Notes: generated by a model from the letters alone, not told the origin. Counted from the first letter of the stretch, positions 17,452-27,241 are shown. The stretch is 64,000 nt of DNA from Patescibacteria group bacterium (GCA_041666145.1 JBAYHK010000003.1:6277-70276), one strand, 5' to 3'. A program made the numbers and translations.

Positions 17452-17904
17452 ATGACTGAAGAAGAAATTATCTCGACTCCTGCGGTAGAATTAACTGCTG
17501 CAGAGGTGAGCAATGCAAAGAAACAGGCTGCAAAAGGAAAGAAAAAGACTGTTCGTCAGATTCCACAAGGTCGAGCGTATGTTCACGCGAGTTTCAACAA
17601 TACAATCGTATCGTTGACCGACGCGAATGGTAACGTTATTGCATGGTCGAGTGCTGGAAATTGTGGCTTTAAGGGCCCAAAGAAAGCAACGCCATATGCA
17701 GCGAGCATGATTGTAAAGAAGATCACAGATAAGGCAGAACCTTATGGTTTAAAAGATCTTTACGTGTTCGTTACGGGGATTGGCAATGGTCGCGATGCTG
17801 CAGTTCGAGCCTTAAATACGTCAGGTTTCAATGTTCTGTCCATTAAGGACACGACACCGGTACCACACAATGGTTGCCGCCCACGTCGTGCTCGTCGCAT
17901 GTAA
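17452..17904 (+). CDS. rpsK: 30S ribosomal protein S11
   Basis: ASFNNTIV, GFKGPKKATPYAA, DTTPVPHNGCRP. Confidence 0.98.
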   Translation: MTEEEIISTPAVELTAAEVSNAKKQAAKGKKKTVRQIPQGRAYVHASFNNTIVSLTDANGNVIAWSSAGNCGFKGPKKATPYAASMIVKKITDKAEPYGLKDLYVFVTGIGNGRDAAVRALNTSGFNVLSIKDTTPVPHNGCRPRRARRM

Positions 17905-17911
17905 TTAACCT

Positions 17912-18532
17912 ATGGGAAAGAATTTGAGCCCAATGGGCAAAATGAGTCGTCGTGAAGGTGTTGCATTGTCAACATCAACATCAACGCTCAAGGTCATGCA
18001 GAAACGTCCATATATTCCTGGTGTGCACGGAAAAGCCGGCATGCGACCAGCGAAGGTATCAGTTTTTGGTACACAGCTTCGCGAGAAGCAAAAAACGAAG
18101 CGTTTGTATGGAATTATGGAGCGTCAGTTCCGTAATTACTTTACAAAAGCTACAGGTATGGAAGGCAACACTGGGGAAAATCTTGGTCGTTTACTTGAAA
18201 TGCGTTTGGACAATGCGGTGTTTCGTCTTGGTTTTGCAAAGACTCGCCCTCAGGCGCGCCAGATGGTCAGTCATTGCATGTTCCTTGTGAATGGAGAAAA
18301 AGTGAATATTCCATCATATTGTGTTCATGTAAATGACACGATTGAGATCAAGACAAATAAGAAGGATAAAAAGGTATTTTCAGATCTTACTGATCGCTTA
18401 AAGACACATCGAGTTCCAAGCTGGTTAAATCTTGAAGATCAGGTAGGTAAAGTTGTGAGTCTTCCAATGGGGGATGATTTGAAGGAAGCATACGATCCAA
18501 AGCTCATTATCGAGTTCTACTCGATGCGCTAA
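17912..18532 (+). CDS. rpsD: 30S ribosomal protein S4
   Basis: SRREG, QLREKQK, LEMRLDNAVFRLGFA, QARQMVSH, IIEFYS. Confidence 0.98.
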   Translation: MGKNLSPMGKMSRREGVALSTSTSTLKVMQKRPYIPGVHGKAGMRPAKVSVFGTQLREKQKTKRLYGIMERQFRNYFTKATGMEGNTGENLGRLLEMRLDNAVFRLGFAKTRPQARQMVSHCMFLVNGEKVNIPSYCVHVNDTIEIKTNKKDKKVFSDLTDRLKTHRVPSWLNLEDQVGKVVSLPMGDDLKEAYDPKLIIEFYSMR

Positions 18533-18557
18533 ACGCTTAGTCCCATAACTTCTCACT

Positions 18558-19307
18558 ATGGAGACCATCTTCCTTCCGTCAAAAATGCATTTTGCACCTG
18601 GTGCAATAGAGCATGAAAGCATTCTCACAATAGAGCCGCTCCATCATGGATATGGAACGACAGTAGGGAACGCGCTCCGTCGCGTCATGCTTTCTTCTTT
18701 GCCAGGGGCAGCGGTGACTGCAATGAAAATAAAGGGTGTTCAGCATGAGTTTTCAACAGTTGCTGGAGTAAAAGAAGACGTGCTTGACATCATGTTGAAC
18801 CTAAAGAAACTGCGCATGAAGGTTCATACAGAAGAGCCTGTACTTCTCAAACTTCTTGTAAACAAAGAGGGGGTAGTAACTGCTTCTTTATTTGAGAAGA
18901 ATGCAGATGTAGAGATCGCGAATTTAGATCTTGAGATTGCAACGATTACAGATCCAAAAACAACTTTGGATATGGAGATCACGGTATCTAGGGGCCGCGG
19001 ATATGTTCCAACAGAAGAGCGTGACAGTGCTCCTACGGAAATTGGAGTCATTGCAATTGACGCGATGTTTAGTCCAGTACGAAATGTCGGTTTCAGGGTT
19101 GAGAATACTCGAGTCGGTGAAATCACGAACTACGACAAGCTCATCATGAATATCACAACAGATGGTACGGTTGCCCCGCAAGAGGCAGTTGAACAATCAA
19201 CAAAAATTTTACTCAATCACTTTTCATGGATTCAAGGACAGTTGAACCATGCAAGTCTGACAGAACAGATTGCCCGTGCATCGGAGGACGCCGAGCCAAC
19301 TGCGTAA
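18558..19307 (+). CDS. rpoA: RNA polymerase alpha subunit, N-terminal domain only (249 aa)
   Basis: EPLHHGYGTTVGNALRRVMLSSLPG, HEFST, GRGYVP, IDAMFSPV; stops before any alpha-CTD. Confidence 0.97.
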   Translation: METIFLPSKMHFAPGAIEHESILTIEPLHHGYGTTVGNALRRVMLSSLPGAAVTAMKIKGVQHEFSTVAGVKEDVLDIMLNLKKLRMKVHTEEPVLLKLLVNKEGVVTASLFEKNADVEIANLDLEIATITDPKTTLDMEITVSRGRGYVPTEERDSAPTEIGVIAIDAMFSPVRNVGFRVENTRVGEITNYDKLIMNITTDGTVAPQEAVEQSTKILLNHFSWIQGQLNHASLTEQIARASEDAEPTA

Positions 19308-19310
19308 TGT

Positions 19311-19661
19311 ATGCGTCATAGAAATACCAAAAAAACATTAGGCCGCAAAGCTGCTCCTCGTAAGGCGCTTATTCGTGATTTAGTCACCGCAATGGTGACA
19401 TATGAACGAATTGAAGTGACAGCCGGGAAAGCAAGAGTTGCACGTCCAGTTGTTGAAAAGATGATAACGATTGCAAAAAAGAATACGCTCGCATCGCGAC
19501 GTCAACTTCTTGCATATTTCACAACAGAGCAGCCCGTGAATAAGCTTATAGATGTAATCGCTCCTCGGTTTAAGGATCGGAATGGTGGTTATACACGAAT
19601 GACAAAGCTTGGCACGCGTCAGGGTGACGCTGCTGAGACTGCGATGATTGAATTTGTCTAA
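19311..19661 (+). CDS. rplQ: 50S ribosomal protein L17
   Basis: MRHRN...LGR, RNGGYTR, RQGDAA. Confidence 0.98.
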   Translation: MRHRNTKKTLGRKAAPRKALIRDLVTAMVTYERIEVTAGKARVARPVVEKMITIAKKNTLASRRQLLAYFTTEQPVNKLIDVIAPRFKDRNGGYTRMTKLGTRQGDAAETAMIEFV

Positions 19662-19662
19662 T

Positions 19663-20019
19663 ATGGCAACATTTGAAAGAAAAACTTATACCGTTGATGC
19701 GTCGGGGAAAATCCTTGGTCGTTTAGCGACGGATATTGCGATGCACCTTATGGGCAAGACTAGTGCGGCTTTTCAGCCAAATGTCGATGCCGGTGATGCT
19801 GTTGTTGTAACGAATGTGATAAAGATCAAGGTGACAGGTGGTAAGTTCGAAGAAAAGAAGTACTATTCTCATTCAGGTCATCCAGGAGGATTAAAAACAA
19901 AGACCATGCGCACAATGTGGGAAAAGAAACCATCAGATGTTTTGCGCGCAGCAGTTTCGCGAATGCTTCCAAAGAATAAGCATCGAACTGCTCGGATGCT
20001 TCGTCTCACTATTTCGTAA
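19663..20019 (+). CDS. rplM: 50S ribosomal protein L13 (short, 118 aa)
   Basis: VDASGKILGRLAT, DAGDAVVVTN, YYSHSGHPGGLK, MLPKN. Confidence 0.96.
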   Translation: MATFERKTYTVDASGKILGRLATDIAMHLMGKTSAAFQPNVDAGDAVVVTNVIKIKVTGGKFEEKKYYSHSGHPGGLKTKTMRTMWEKKPSDVLRAAVSRMLPKNKHRTARMLRLTIS

Positions 20020-20020
20020 T

Positions 20021-20413
20021 ATGGCAAACAAGTATTTTCAAGCTATTGGTCGCAGAAAGACTGCAACTGCTCAGGTCCGTCTTTCAGAAGGTTCTGGAAA
20101 AATCGTTGTAAACGGAAAGCCATTAAAGGCATTCTTTACTACAGAAGAACTCCAGGGAGTCGTTGTTCGTCCTTTGAAAGAAGTTGGAAAGACTGATCAA
20201 TTTGATGTAAGTATTAAAACTGTCGGTGGTGGAGTTGTTGGGCAAGCAGAAGCGTCACGTTTGGGAATTGCTCGAGCATTAGTGGAAATGGAAGCGGCAC
20301 TCAAGACTGTTTTGAAGACTTGTGGATTGATGACAAGAGATCCTCGAAAGAAAGAACGTAAAAAGTTCGGAAAGCGTGGAGCTCGTCGGAGCCCACAGTG
20401 GCGTAAGCGTTAA
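20021..20413 (+). CDS. rpsI: 30S ribosomal protein S9
   Basis: GRRKTATA, GGGVVGQAEA, TRDPRKKERKKFG, PQWRKR. Confidence 0.98.
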   Translation: MANKYFQAIGRRKTATAQVRLSEGSGKIVVNGKPLKAFFTTEELQGVVVRPLKEVGKTDQFDVSIKTVGGGVVGQAEASRLGIARALVEMEAALKTVLKTCGLMTRDPRKKERKKFGKRGARRSPQWRKR

Positions 20414-20419
20414 TCGATT

Positions 20420-20450
20420 AAAAAAACCATCCAGACTGGATGGTTTTTTT
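20420..20450. terminator. Bidirectional terminator ending the ribosomal operon
   Basis: aaaaaaaccatccag-a-ctggatggttttttt. Confidence 0.85.
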
Positions 20451-20457
20451 CTTCACC

Positions 20458-20715
20458 TTATTTCTTGTCCGATGAAGTCAGAAGATAGATTCCTATTGGC
20501 ATACCAATCAGCACGCCTATGACTCCGATGATTCCTAAAAGCCCAAGAAGTGTTTGAATGATCCCTCCAGTTATCGTGAAAGGTGCAGAAGCCTCAGCGG
20601 AAGCGCTAATCATGCTCGAAATCACGAAACTCGAGATTCCATAAAGAGAAAGAGTAGCAAAGATTAAAGGAATCGGAGTTATGAGGAGAATAAGACCAAA
20701 TGTTTTTCTTTTCAT
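20458..20715 (-). CDS. Two-TM small membrane protein
   Basis: Two hydrophobic helices with a Gly-rich second helix; TATACT 8 nt upstream; homologous to the N-terminus of 21468..22364. Confidence 0.8.
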   Translation of the reverse strand: MKRKTFGLILLITPIPLIFATLSLYGISSFVISSMISASAEASAPFTITGGIIQTLLGLLGIIGVIGVLIGMPIGIYLLTSSDKK

Positions 20716-20819
20716 ATTGAGAAAGTATAGGGTATCAAACCGGCTTTTGACACATCTAGATAAAGAGCGTTTTGCGACACTTGGAGAAAGAATATATAAT
20801 ACAAAAATAACCCTCCTTT

Positions 20820-21458
20820 ATGGCGCTTGAAGCAACGCATGTGCGGTTCGCGCTGGACTTGTTGCCATGTCTTCACGTTTCAGATATTGAGTCCTATTGT
20901 GCCGGGGCGGTTTATCCAGATACAAGAATCGCGACAGGACTTCCCAGAGAAATGACACACGGGCCTCGATGTCCGCACGATCCTTCTGCGGAAGGATTTA
21001 GTGATTTTCAAAAAGGATGGGCGGCACATCTTTTGTATGACGAAATTGCCGGAGATGAGTTGAGAAAACTTCTTTCTGAAGAATTTGATCGAACAATAAG
21101 AGAAAGGAAGTCTTTTATAGAATTTACTTCAATGAAAGCCGTGGAAGACATACAGTCGGTAAATCTTGTCCCGAATGTTCTTGATCATCTCCAGCGTCTG
21201 GCCATAGACCGGGCACCTTTAGGAGAATCTTTAGAACGAATTTATTATCACTTTTCTGTTACAAGAAAACTTTACGAAAATATTCCGTCTCATGAGAGCT
21301 ATCGTCAGTGGTATCTTGATGTTGGTGTAGCGCAAGAAGTTGCCGATGGACTTTTTCAGCGAACACAACAGATGGTCAAGGATCAGGAGCTAGATTCTGC
21401 GATCAGGGCAATATACGGACAGACATTAGAAAAAGTAAAAAAATCCCTAGCTATCTAG
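20820..21458 (+). CDS. Zinc-dependent phospholipase C/S1-P1-like fold protein (putative)
   Basis: N-terminal TH, GAVYPD, TH, GWAAHLLYD pattern of the Zn_dep_PLPC family. Confidence 0.6.
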   Translation: MALEATHVRFALDLLPCLHVSDIESYCAGAVYPDTRIATGLPREMTHGPRCPHDPSAEGFSDFQKGWAAHLLYDEIAGDELRKLLSEEFDRTIRERKSFIEFTSMKAVEDIQSVNLVPNVLDHLQRLAIDRAPLGESLERIYYHFSVTRKLYENIPSHESYRQWYLDVGVAQEVADGLFQRTQQMVKDQELDSAIRAIYGQTLEKVKKSLAI

Positions 21459-21468
21459 GGATTTTTTT
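21437..21468. terminator. Bidirectional terminator
   Basis: aaaaaaatccctag-ctat-ctagggattttttt between convergent genes. Confidence 0.8.
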
Positions 21469-22364
21469 TACGGACGATAGTCACGGAATGCGTGTTCTTG
21501 TTTGGATGTAATGTCTAGAACAATGAAGATAAGGGCGGCTGCGGAAAGAATAAGGCTTATATTCCATACAAGTTGAAAACTAATTCGCCATAGCTCGAGA
21601 ATAACAACTTCATTGACTCTTTGATTCGGAACTATCGCAACTACGATTTGTGCCATGAGAAACGATGCCCACCAAAAGAGAAGAAAACGAGAAGCCGTAT
21701 TAGCCCTATGTACAGTTGCTAATTCTTTCATTGTTTTATACGGCATTACGAAGTTTGCAATCGGCACAAAATATCCGGCGACTGCCCAATGATGCGAATA
21801 CCGTATAGATGGGGTATTGATTGTCGCATTTCTATACGCAAGATACTTCCAGCGGAGTAACGAAATGGCACTGATAAGGAAGAGAACAAGAACAATCGGT
21901 TCAATGATGTCTAAACGAAATGTCGATGAAAATTCAGGAAGTGCCGATTGGAGATTCAGTGTTCTAAGATATCCAAGGATTGCGCCCTGGCGAAATACGT
22001 CAATACTTGCCGCAAGAGAAAAAGCGATCAAGCTTCCAACCGTAACCTTTGCGAGCGCTGCGGCAGATCGATATTCCTGTGTCATTGGAGATGAGATTTC
22101 AGAAGCGTCGAGATCAAGAGGAGCTCTAGAAATAAGAAGAAAAATGCCGACTGGAATTCCAATAAAGACTCCAAGAATTCCAATAATTCCTAAGGCTCCC
22201 ATGAGAATTTGGATGGAAAGCGTAATCGTCGAAGGCTCTGCGTCGTTTATCGATGCGGCAGCAGAAAACGCGTAGATCGCATAACATGCCAGTGTTGCCA
22301 CAATGAGCGGCACTGGAACGGTGATGAGTAGCCAGCCAAAGATAGTTTTCTTTCGGTCATTCAT
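21468..22364 (-). CDS. DUF4328-like membrane protein with an extra N-terminal two-TM module
   Basis: WKYLAYRNA...SHHWAVAGYFVPIANFVMPYKTMKEL...WW motif. Confidence 0.75.
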   Translation of the reverse strand: MNDRKKTIFGWLLITVPVPLIVATLACYAIYAFSAAASINDAEPSTITLSIQILMGALGIIGILGVFIGIPVGIFLLISRAPLDLDASEISSPMTQEYRSAAALAKVTVGSLIAFSLAASIDVFRQGAILGYLRTLNLQSALPEFSSTFRLDIIEPIVLVLFLISAISLLRWKYLAYRNATINTPSIRYSHHWAVAGYFVPIANFVMPYKTMKELATVHRANTASRFLLFWWASFLMAQIVVAIVPNQRVNEVVILELWRISFQLVWNISLILSAAALIFIVLDITSKQEHAFRDYRP

Positions 22365-22468
22365 AAGAAAGTTTAACGAAGAAATATAGCAGAAATTAGC
22401 GAAAAAATCAAATTTTCTCGGCGTGTTCCTTCCTTGTTACAAGCAAAGAATTCCCGTAAAATACACTC

Positions 22469-23956
22469 ATGGCTTCTTTGGTAAAAAACACTTTTCTCCT
22501 CACTGGAGCGTCTATTTTGCAAAAAGCAGTTGCTTTTATTTACTTTGCCGCCATCGCTCGAACCATCGGCACTTCAGATACCGGGTCATATTTTTTGGCC
22601 TTGGCACTGGTAACAACGGTGGGGGTTTTTACTGACGTTGGAGTAAATTCCGTGCTCATTCGAGACAGTGCGCGTTCCCAAGAGCACACGAAGGGATTTC
22701 TTCAAAGAGCCTTGGGAATCAAGCTTATTGCAGCGCTTCTTGCCATTGTCTTGGCGACTTTTCTTCCAACGATTCTTGGCTACGATGCAGATACTTCTTT
22801 TCTTGTTCGACTCGCAATTCCAATCATGATTGCAGATTCTTTGTCGCTAACAATGTACGGCGCATTACGTGGCGCTCAAGAGCTTCGATATGAGTCTCTG
22901 GGAATTTTTATCGGCCAATCACTCACAACGATTGTTGGCGTAGTAGCACTTCTTAAGGGGAATGTTTCTCTATCCTTTCTTGTTATCGCACTCCTCATTG
23001 GTAGCGCGTGGAATGCGGCATTTTCCGCGTATCATGTTGGCCGACGAATTGGTTTCCGTTCGTTCATTCCTCGATTCGATGGGGCTCGAGATATGCTGTT
23101 CGCCGCATTTCCATTTTTTCTTGCCGCGGTATTCGTAAAGATTTACTCATTTGTTGATTCGTTCACACTTCAAATGGTCATCGGAGCTTCCGCGGTTGGA
23201 CTGTATAGCGTTGCGTATAAGCTAACGTACGCTTTTCAATTTTTACCGCTTGCATTCATTGGTGCGCTGTATCCAAAAATGGCGTCACTTGTTGGTAAGC
23301 CTGATGATTTGAAAAAGGTGTTTTTAGAATCACAATGGTATTTAGCATTTCTTGTTTCACCAATAGTTTTTGGAATATTCGCTCTTGCTCCAGAGATTAT
23401 TCGACTTGCATACGGAAGTGATTACGGAGATTCTGTGCTCCCGCTTTCTGTGCTGATTTTTGTGCTCATTCCGATATTTTTCGATTTCCCAATCGGTTCG
23501 TTGCTGAATGCAACTGGAAGACAGAAAACAAAAACTGCGATTATGGGAGTCACCATGGTGGTGAATTTTATTGCGAACATGACATTCATTCGTTCATACG
23601 GAATTGTTGGCGCATCGATTGCTGCATGTATAAGTTTTGTTGTTATGTTTGGCCTTGGGGCAGTAGCGATAAAAAAAGAGATCGCGATTACTGTACGTGA
23701 TTGGATTCGTGCAACAGGAGGATTTTTATTAGCCGGTGCTGTTATGTCGACATCAATTCTTTTACTGAAGCAGTTCATTCCTATCGGCGACGATGGAGCA
23801 TCCAGATACATCTGGCTTGCACTTATTCCATTCGGTGCATGCATATTCGGAATAGTTTCCGTTGCTACAAAGGCCTTAACTCTTGAACACTTTCGAAAAG
23901 TTCGATCATATTTCCGCAAACAAACCTATGGAGCGATACCTGTTGTCAACGAGTGA
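22469..23956 (+). CDS. Wzx-type oligosaccharide flippase
   Basis: KNTFLL, DVGVNSVLIRD, VGLYSVAYKL, LNATGRQK, GIVGASIA; about 14 TM. Confidence 0.9.
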   Translation: MASLVKNTFLLTGASILQKAVAFIYFAAIARTIGTSDTGSYFLALALVTTVGVFTDVGVNSVLIRDSARSQEHTKGFLQRALGIKLIAALLAIVLATFLPTILGYDADTSFLVRLAIPIMIADSLSLTMYGALRGAQELRYESLGIFIGQSLTTIVGVVALLKGNVSLSFLVIALLIGSAWNAAFSAYHVGRRIGFRSFIPRFDGARDMLFAAFPFFLAAVFVKIYSFVDSFTLQMVIGASAVGLYSVAYKLTYAFQFLPLAFIGALYPKMASLVGKPDDLKKVFLESQWYLAFLVSPIVFGIFALAPEIIRLAYGSDYGDSVLPLSVLIFVLIPIFFDFPIGSLLNATGRQKTKTAIMGVTMVVNFIANMTFIRSYGIVGASIAACISFVVMFGLGAVAIKKEIAITVRDWIRATGGFLLAGAVMSTSILLLKQFIPIGDDGASRYIWLALIPFGACIFGIVSVATKALTLEHFRKVRSYFRKQTYGAIPVVNE

Positions 23957-25658
23957 TTTTCCACCAAAGCGCGGCGGTGTTGCACGAATGCTGTCAACAA
24001 TTGTTGCGTATGTTTCGAATATGCGCCCACTTGTTCTTTCTGAAACTGCTTCATATCGATCAATGCTCCAAATGTTCTGGGATCGTAGACGGATTTTTGA
24101 TGTGTTGTTTGTCAGTCATGTTCTTCCTATTGGTACTGCTGCGATGATGTACAGGTTGTTTACTGGAACGTCATACGACGTCTTGCTCCATGGAATGGAC
24201 TTTGATCTTGCTCGATCGAAAAAAAGAAAGGCGGTTATTTTGTGGTTTGTTCTGCGACTCGCTCGCCGAGTTTTCGCGAATTCAAAAGCGCTAGCGAATG
24301 AACTCGAATCCTTTTCTTTTCGATCTTGCGAAGTGCTTTATCCATGCGTCGCGAATGAGCTTATCGAAGCTGCTGGTCTTATTGGAGAACGATCCGGCAT
24401 TGGAACGAGACTTCTCACAGTTGCTCGACTGGTGGAACGAAAAGGGCATGAAAAGGTGCTCAAAGCGATGAAGGAATTGCCAGATGTTACATACACGATC
24501 GTTGGCGACGGTCCGATGAAGAAATTGCTCGAAGATGCCGCGGAACGTTATGGCGTTAAAGATCGAGTAACATTTTTACAACACGTTCCAGACGGAAAGC
24601 TTGCTGAACTTTATGCATCACACGACATCTTTGTGATGCCTACAACTAGAACAAAAATCGACCGCGAAGGATTTGGGATTGTCTATCTCGAGGCTGGAGT
24701 ATTTGGCCTTCCAGTTGTCGCCACAAAGCTTCCAGGAGTCGATGAAGCGGTTGTTGATGGTGAAACTGGAATACTCATAGAGGACACTCACGAGGCGCTT
24801 GTTGATGCGCTAAAGCGATTAACAACAGATTCGGAACTTCGATCACGGCTTGGACGATCTGGCAGAGAGAGAGTTCTCAAGAATTTCACTGCAGAAAAAA
24901 CATATGCATCACTCTCTTTGGACGCCCTGTCGAATTCGGCATCAAAAATGCCGCATATTTCTATTGTGATTCCGACGTATCAGCATGCAAGACCGTTAAG
25001 AGCATGTATTGATTCTGCGCTTCGTCAAACATATCCAAACATTGAAATTATTGTTGTTGACGATGGATCGACGGACAATACACAAGAGGTTCTTCGAACG
25101 TTTGGGAAAAAAATAACGGTTCTTCATCAAGAAAACAAAGGTGGTAATGCGGCGCGAAATCGTGGACTTACGATTTCGAAAGGGGAGTACGTTATTTTTG
25201 TCGACGCAGACATTGTGATGCGGCCAGACATGATAGATCTGATGTTTGCAACGCTTCAATCGAATCCGAAGTCGAGCTATGCGTACAGTGGATTTCGTTT
25301 CGGATGGAAACGATTTCACGGCGTTCCTTTCGATGGTGAAAAACTTCGAAAGATAAATTACATCATGACCACTTCGCTTGTTCGCAAGGCGGATTTCCCT
25401 GGGTTCGATGCTTCATTGCGGCGTCTTCAAGATTGGGATGTTTGGTTGACGATGCTCGAGCAAGGAAAGACCGGCGTTCTTGTTCCTGGAATTCTGTTCT
25501 CTGTGGTGATTGATGGTGAATCGCGTACAGGATCTTCTTGGCTACCTTCATTCGTTTATTCATTGCACTGGCCGATTCTTGGGTGGATTCCAAAGCGGGT
25601 TCGGAAGTATTACGAGGCTCGATCGGTAATAGCAAACAAACATAATCTCCCATTATGA
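23928..25658 (+). CDS. Fused glycosyltransferase, GT4 (GT-B) + GT2 (GT-A)
   Basis: DFPPKRGGVA, RLVERKG, EGFGIVYLEA (EX7E), then ISIVIPTY, VVDDGSTD, FVDAD, QDWDVW. Confidence 0.92.
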   Translation: MERYLLSTSDFPPKRGGVARMLSTIVAYVSNMRPLVLSETASYRSMLQMFWDRRRIFDVLFVSHVLPIGTAAMMYRLFTGTSYDVLLHGMDFDLARSKKRKAVILWFVLRLARRVFANSKALANELESFSFRSCEVLYPCVANELIEAAGLIGERSGIGTRLLTVARLVERKGHEKVLKAMKELPDVTYTIVGDGPMKKLLEDAAERYGVKDRVTFLQHVPDGKLAELYASHDIFVMPTTRTKIDREGFGIVYLEAGVFGLPVVATKLPGVDEAVVDGETGILIEDTHEALVDALKRLTTDSELRSRLGRSGRERVLKNFTAEKTYASLSLDALSNSASKMPHISIVIPTYQHARPLRACIDSALRQTYPNIEIIVVDDGSTDNTQEVLRTFGKKITVLHQENKGGNAARNRGLTISKGEYVIFVDADIVMRPDMIDLMFATLQSNPKSSYAYSGFRFGWKRFHGVPFDGEKLRKINYIMTTSLVRKADFPGFDASLRRLQDWDVWLTMLEQGKTGVLVPGILFSVVIDGESRTGSSWLPSFVYSLHWPILGWIPKRVRKYYEARSVIANKHNLPL

Positions 25659-27241
25659 TGTCAACAATAAAACAGTGGTTTGATCGCAGCACACTGTATG
25701 GACTTCTCAGTCTTCTTATTGTTCACGGTATTGCCTGGATAACCCAACACACAATCTGGAGCGCGATTCCTTTTGCAATCCTCATTATTGGAACCTTCTT
25801 TGTTACAAAACGATCGCTAGTCTGGGGATTTGCTCTTGTCATGCTAGAGATCATCATTGGTGGTCATGGACATTTGATCGACGTCTCACTTGGCGGAGCA
25901 ACGATTGGTTTGCGACTTGGGATGTTCTGCGCTGTTATGCTCGGCGTGGCGTATCACATTTTCTTCAAGAAAGTTCGACCAACGTTTGTGTTTGAACGTG
26001 ACATGCCAATCATCGCGATTCTTATTGCTGTCATTATCGGCTTCATCATCGGCATATTCCGTAATCCGTTCGGTGACGCATTCGACGACGCAAACGCTTT
26101 TGTTACTCTCGGCTATCTTCTTCCAGTCGCCATGATTGTTTGGACCAACGAAGCGAAAAGAATTATTCTTTGGACATTTGCACTTGGCGCAACTTGGATA
26201 GCCATTTCTTCCGTTGCCCTTCTTTATCTCTTCTCTCATCTTTCCGTTGACGGCATTTGGGCGCTTTATCATTTTGTTCGCGATGCACGACTAGCAGAAG
26301 TCACACTTCTTTCTGGGCCAGCATGGCTCGTGGCAATGCTTCCAAATGGCCCATGGTTCTTTCGTGTATTCGAACCCGCACAAGCGTTCGTAATGTTTTT
26401 CACTTTAGTGCTTTGTAGCATGATGTGTTTTATAACAAAAACATGGAGGTCTCGAGTAATGATTGCAATTCCGCTTGTGCTCATGTTCGCTGTCGACATC
26501 AGCAGCCAATCTCGAAGTTTCTGGATCGGTTTGTTTGTTGGTGGATTGGCACTTTCGATGGTGGTGCTTTATGAACGAATTTCTTTCCGCGAAATTCTTC
26601 GAATGAAAATTGTCGGATCGACTGCGTCGCTTATTGCGCTACTTGCGATCTGGGTTGCGGTAGTGATTCCAATTCCACAACGACCAGACTTAACAAACAC
26701 AAAATATTATCGTGGCCAAGATGACGACACTCGCGAGCTTGCTGTTTCAAGCCGCTGGAATTTGCTTGGGCCAATGATGGATCAAATCGAACAGTCGCCA
26801 GTATGGGGAAGTGGATTCGGAACGTCGGTAACATTCATTTCAGACGATCCTCGACTTCGCGAAATAAATCCAAATGGCGAATGGACAACGTATCGTTTCG
26901 AATGGGGATTCCACGATATCTGGATCAAAATGGGCATTCCTGGCTTGCTCGCCTTCGGTTGGTTCTTCTTCACAATTCTCAAGGCAACTATTCGATCGAT
27001 TCGAGAAAAAGAAGAGACTCGCTGGCTTACCGTTTCTCTTTGCGCCGGCATCATCGCCCTCTTTGCCTCTCACGCCTTCTCCCCCTATCTCAATCACCCA
27101 ATAGGTCTAGGCTTCATGATCATGGTTCTCCCATTCTTCTCCTGGCAAAAGAAACCAATCCCCAGCATGGCCAACGTTCTCCACGTCGCCGAAAAAGTCG
27201 CTCTTCCTCCCGTACGAAAAGCCGTGACGGTTCGAGAATAG
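25655..27241 (+). CDS. O-antigen ligase / O-oligosaccharyltransferase (Wzy_C) family membrane protein
   Basis: Multi-TM, SQSRSFWIG, SSRWNL, PVWGSGFG, WIKMGIPGL. Confidence 0.8.
   Translation: MMSTIKQWFDRSTLYGLLSLLIVHGIAWITQHTIWSAIPFAILIIGTFFVTKRSLVWGFALVMLEIIIGGHGHLIDVSLGGATIGLRLGMFCAVMLGVAYHIFFKKVRPTFVFERDMPIIAILIAVIIGFIIGIFRNPFGDAFDDANAFVTLGYLLPVAMIVWTNEAKRIILWTFALGATWIAISSVALLYLFSHLSVDGIWALYHFVRDARLAEVTLLSGPAWLVAMLPNGPWFFRVFEPAQAFVMFFTLVLCSMMCFITKTWRSRVMIAIPLVLMFAVDISSQSRSFWIGLFVGGLALSMVVLYERISFREILRMKIVGSTASLIALLAIWVAVVIPIPQRPDLTNTKYYRGQDDDTRELAVSSRWNLLGPMMDQIEQSPVWGSGFGTSVTFISDDPRLREINPNGEWTTYRFEWGFHDIWIKMGIPGLLAFGWFFFTILKATIRSIREKEETRWLTVSLCAGIIALFASHAFSPYLNHPIGLGFMIMVLPFFSWQKKPIPSMANVLHVAEKVALPPVRKAVTVRE

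Noticed and set aside
19280-19320. Frameshift or readthrough restoring the RpoA CTD
   Set aside because: The stop is TAA and rplQ begins 4 nt later, so no CTD-coding sequence exists in any frame
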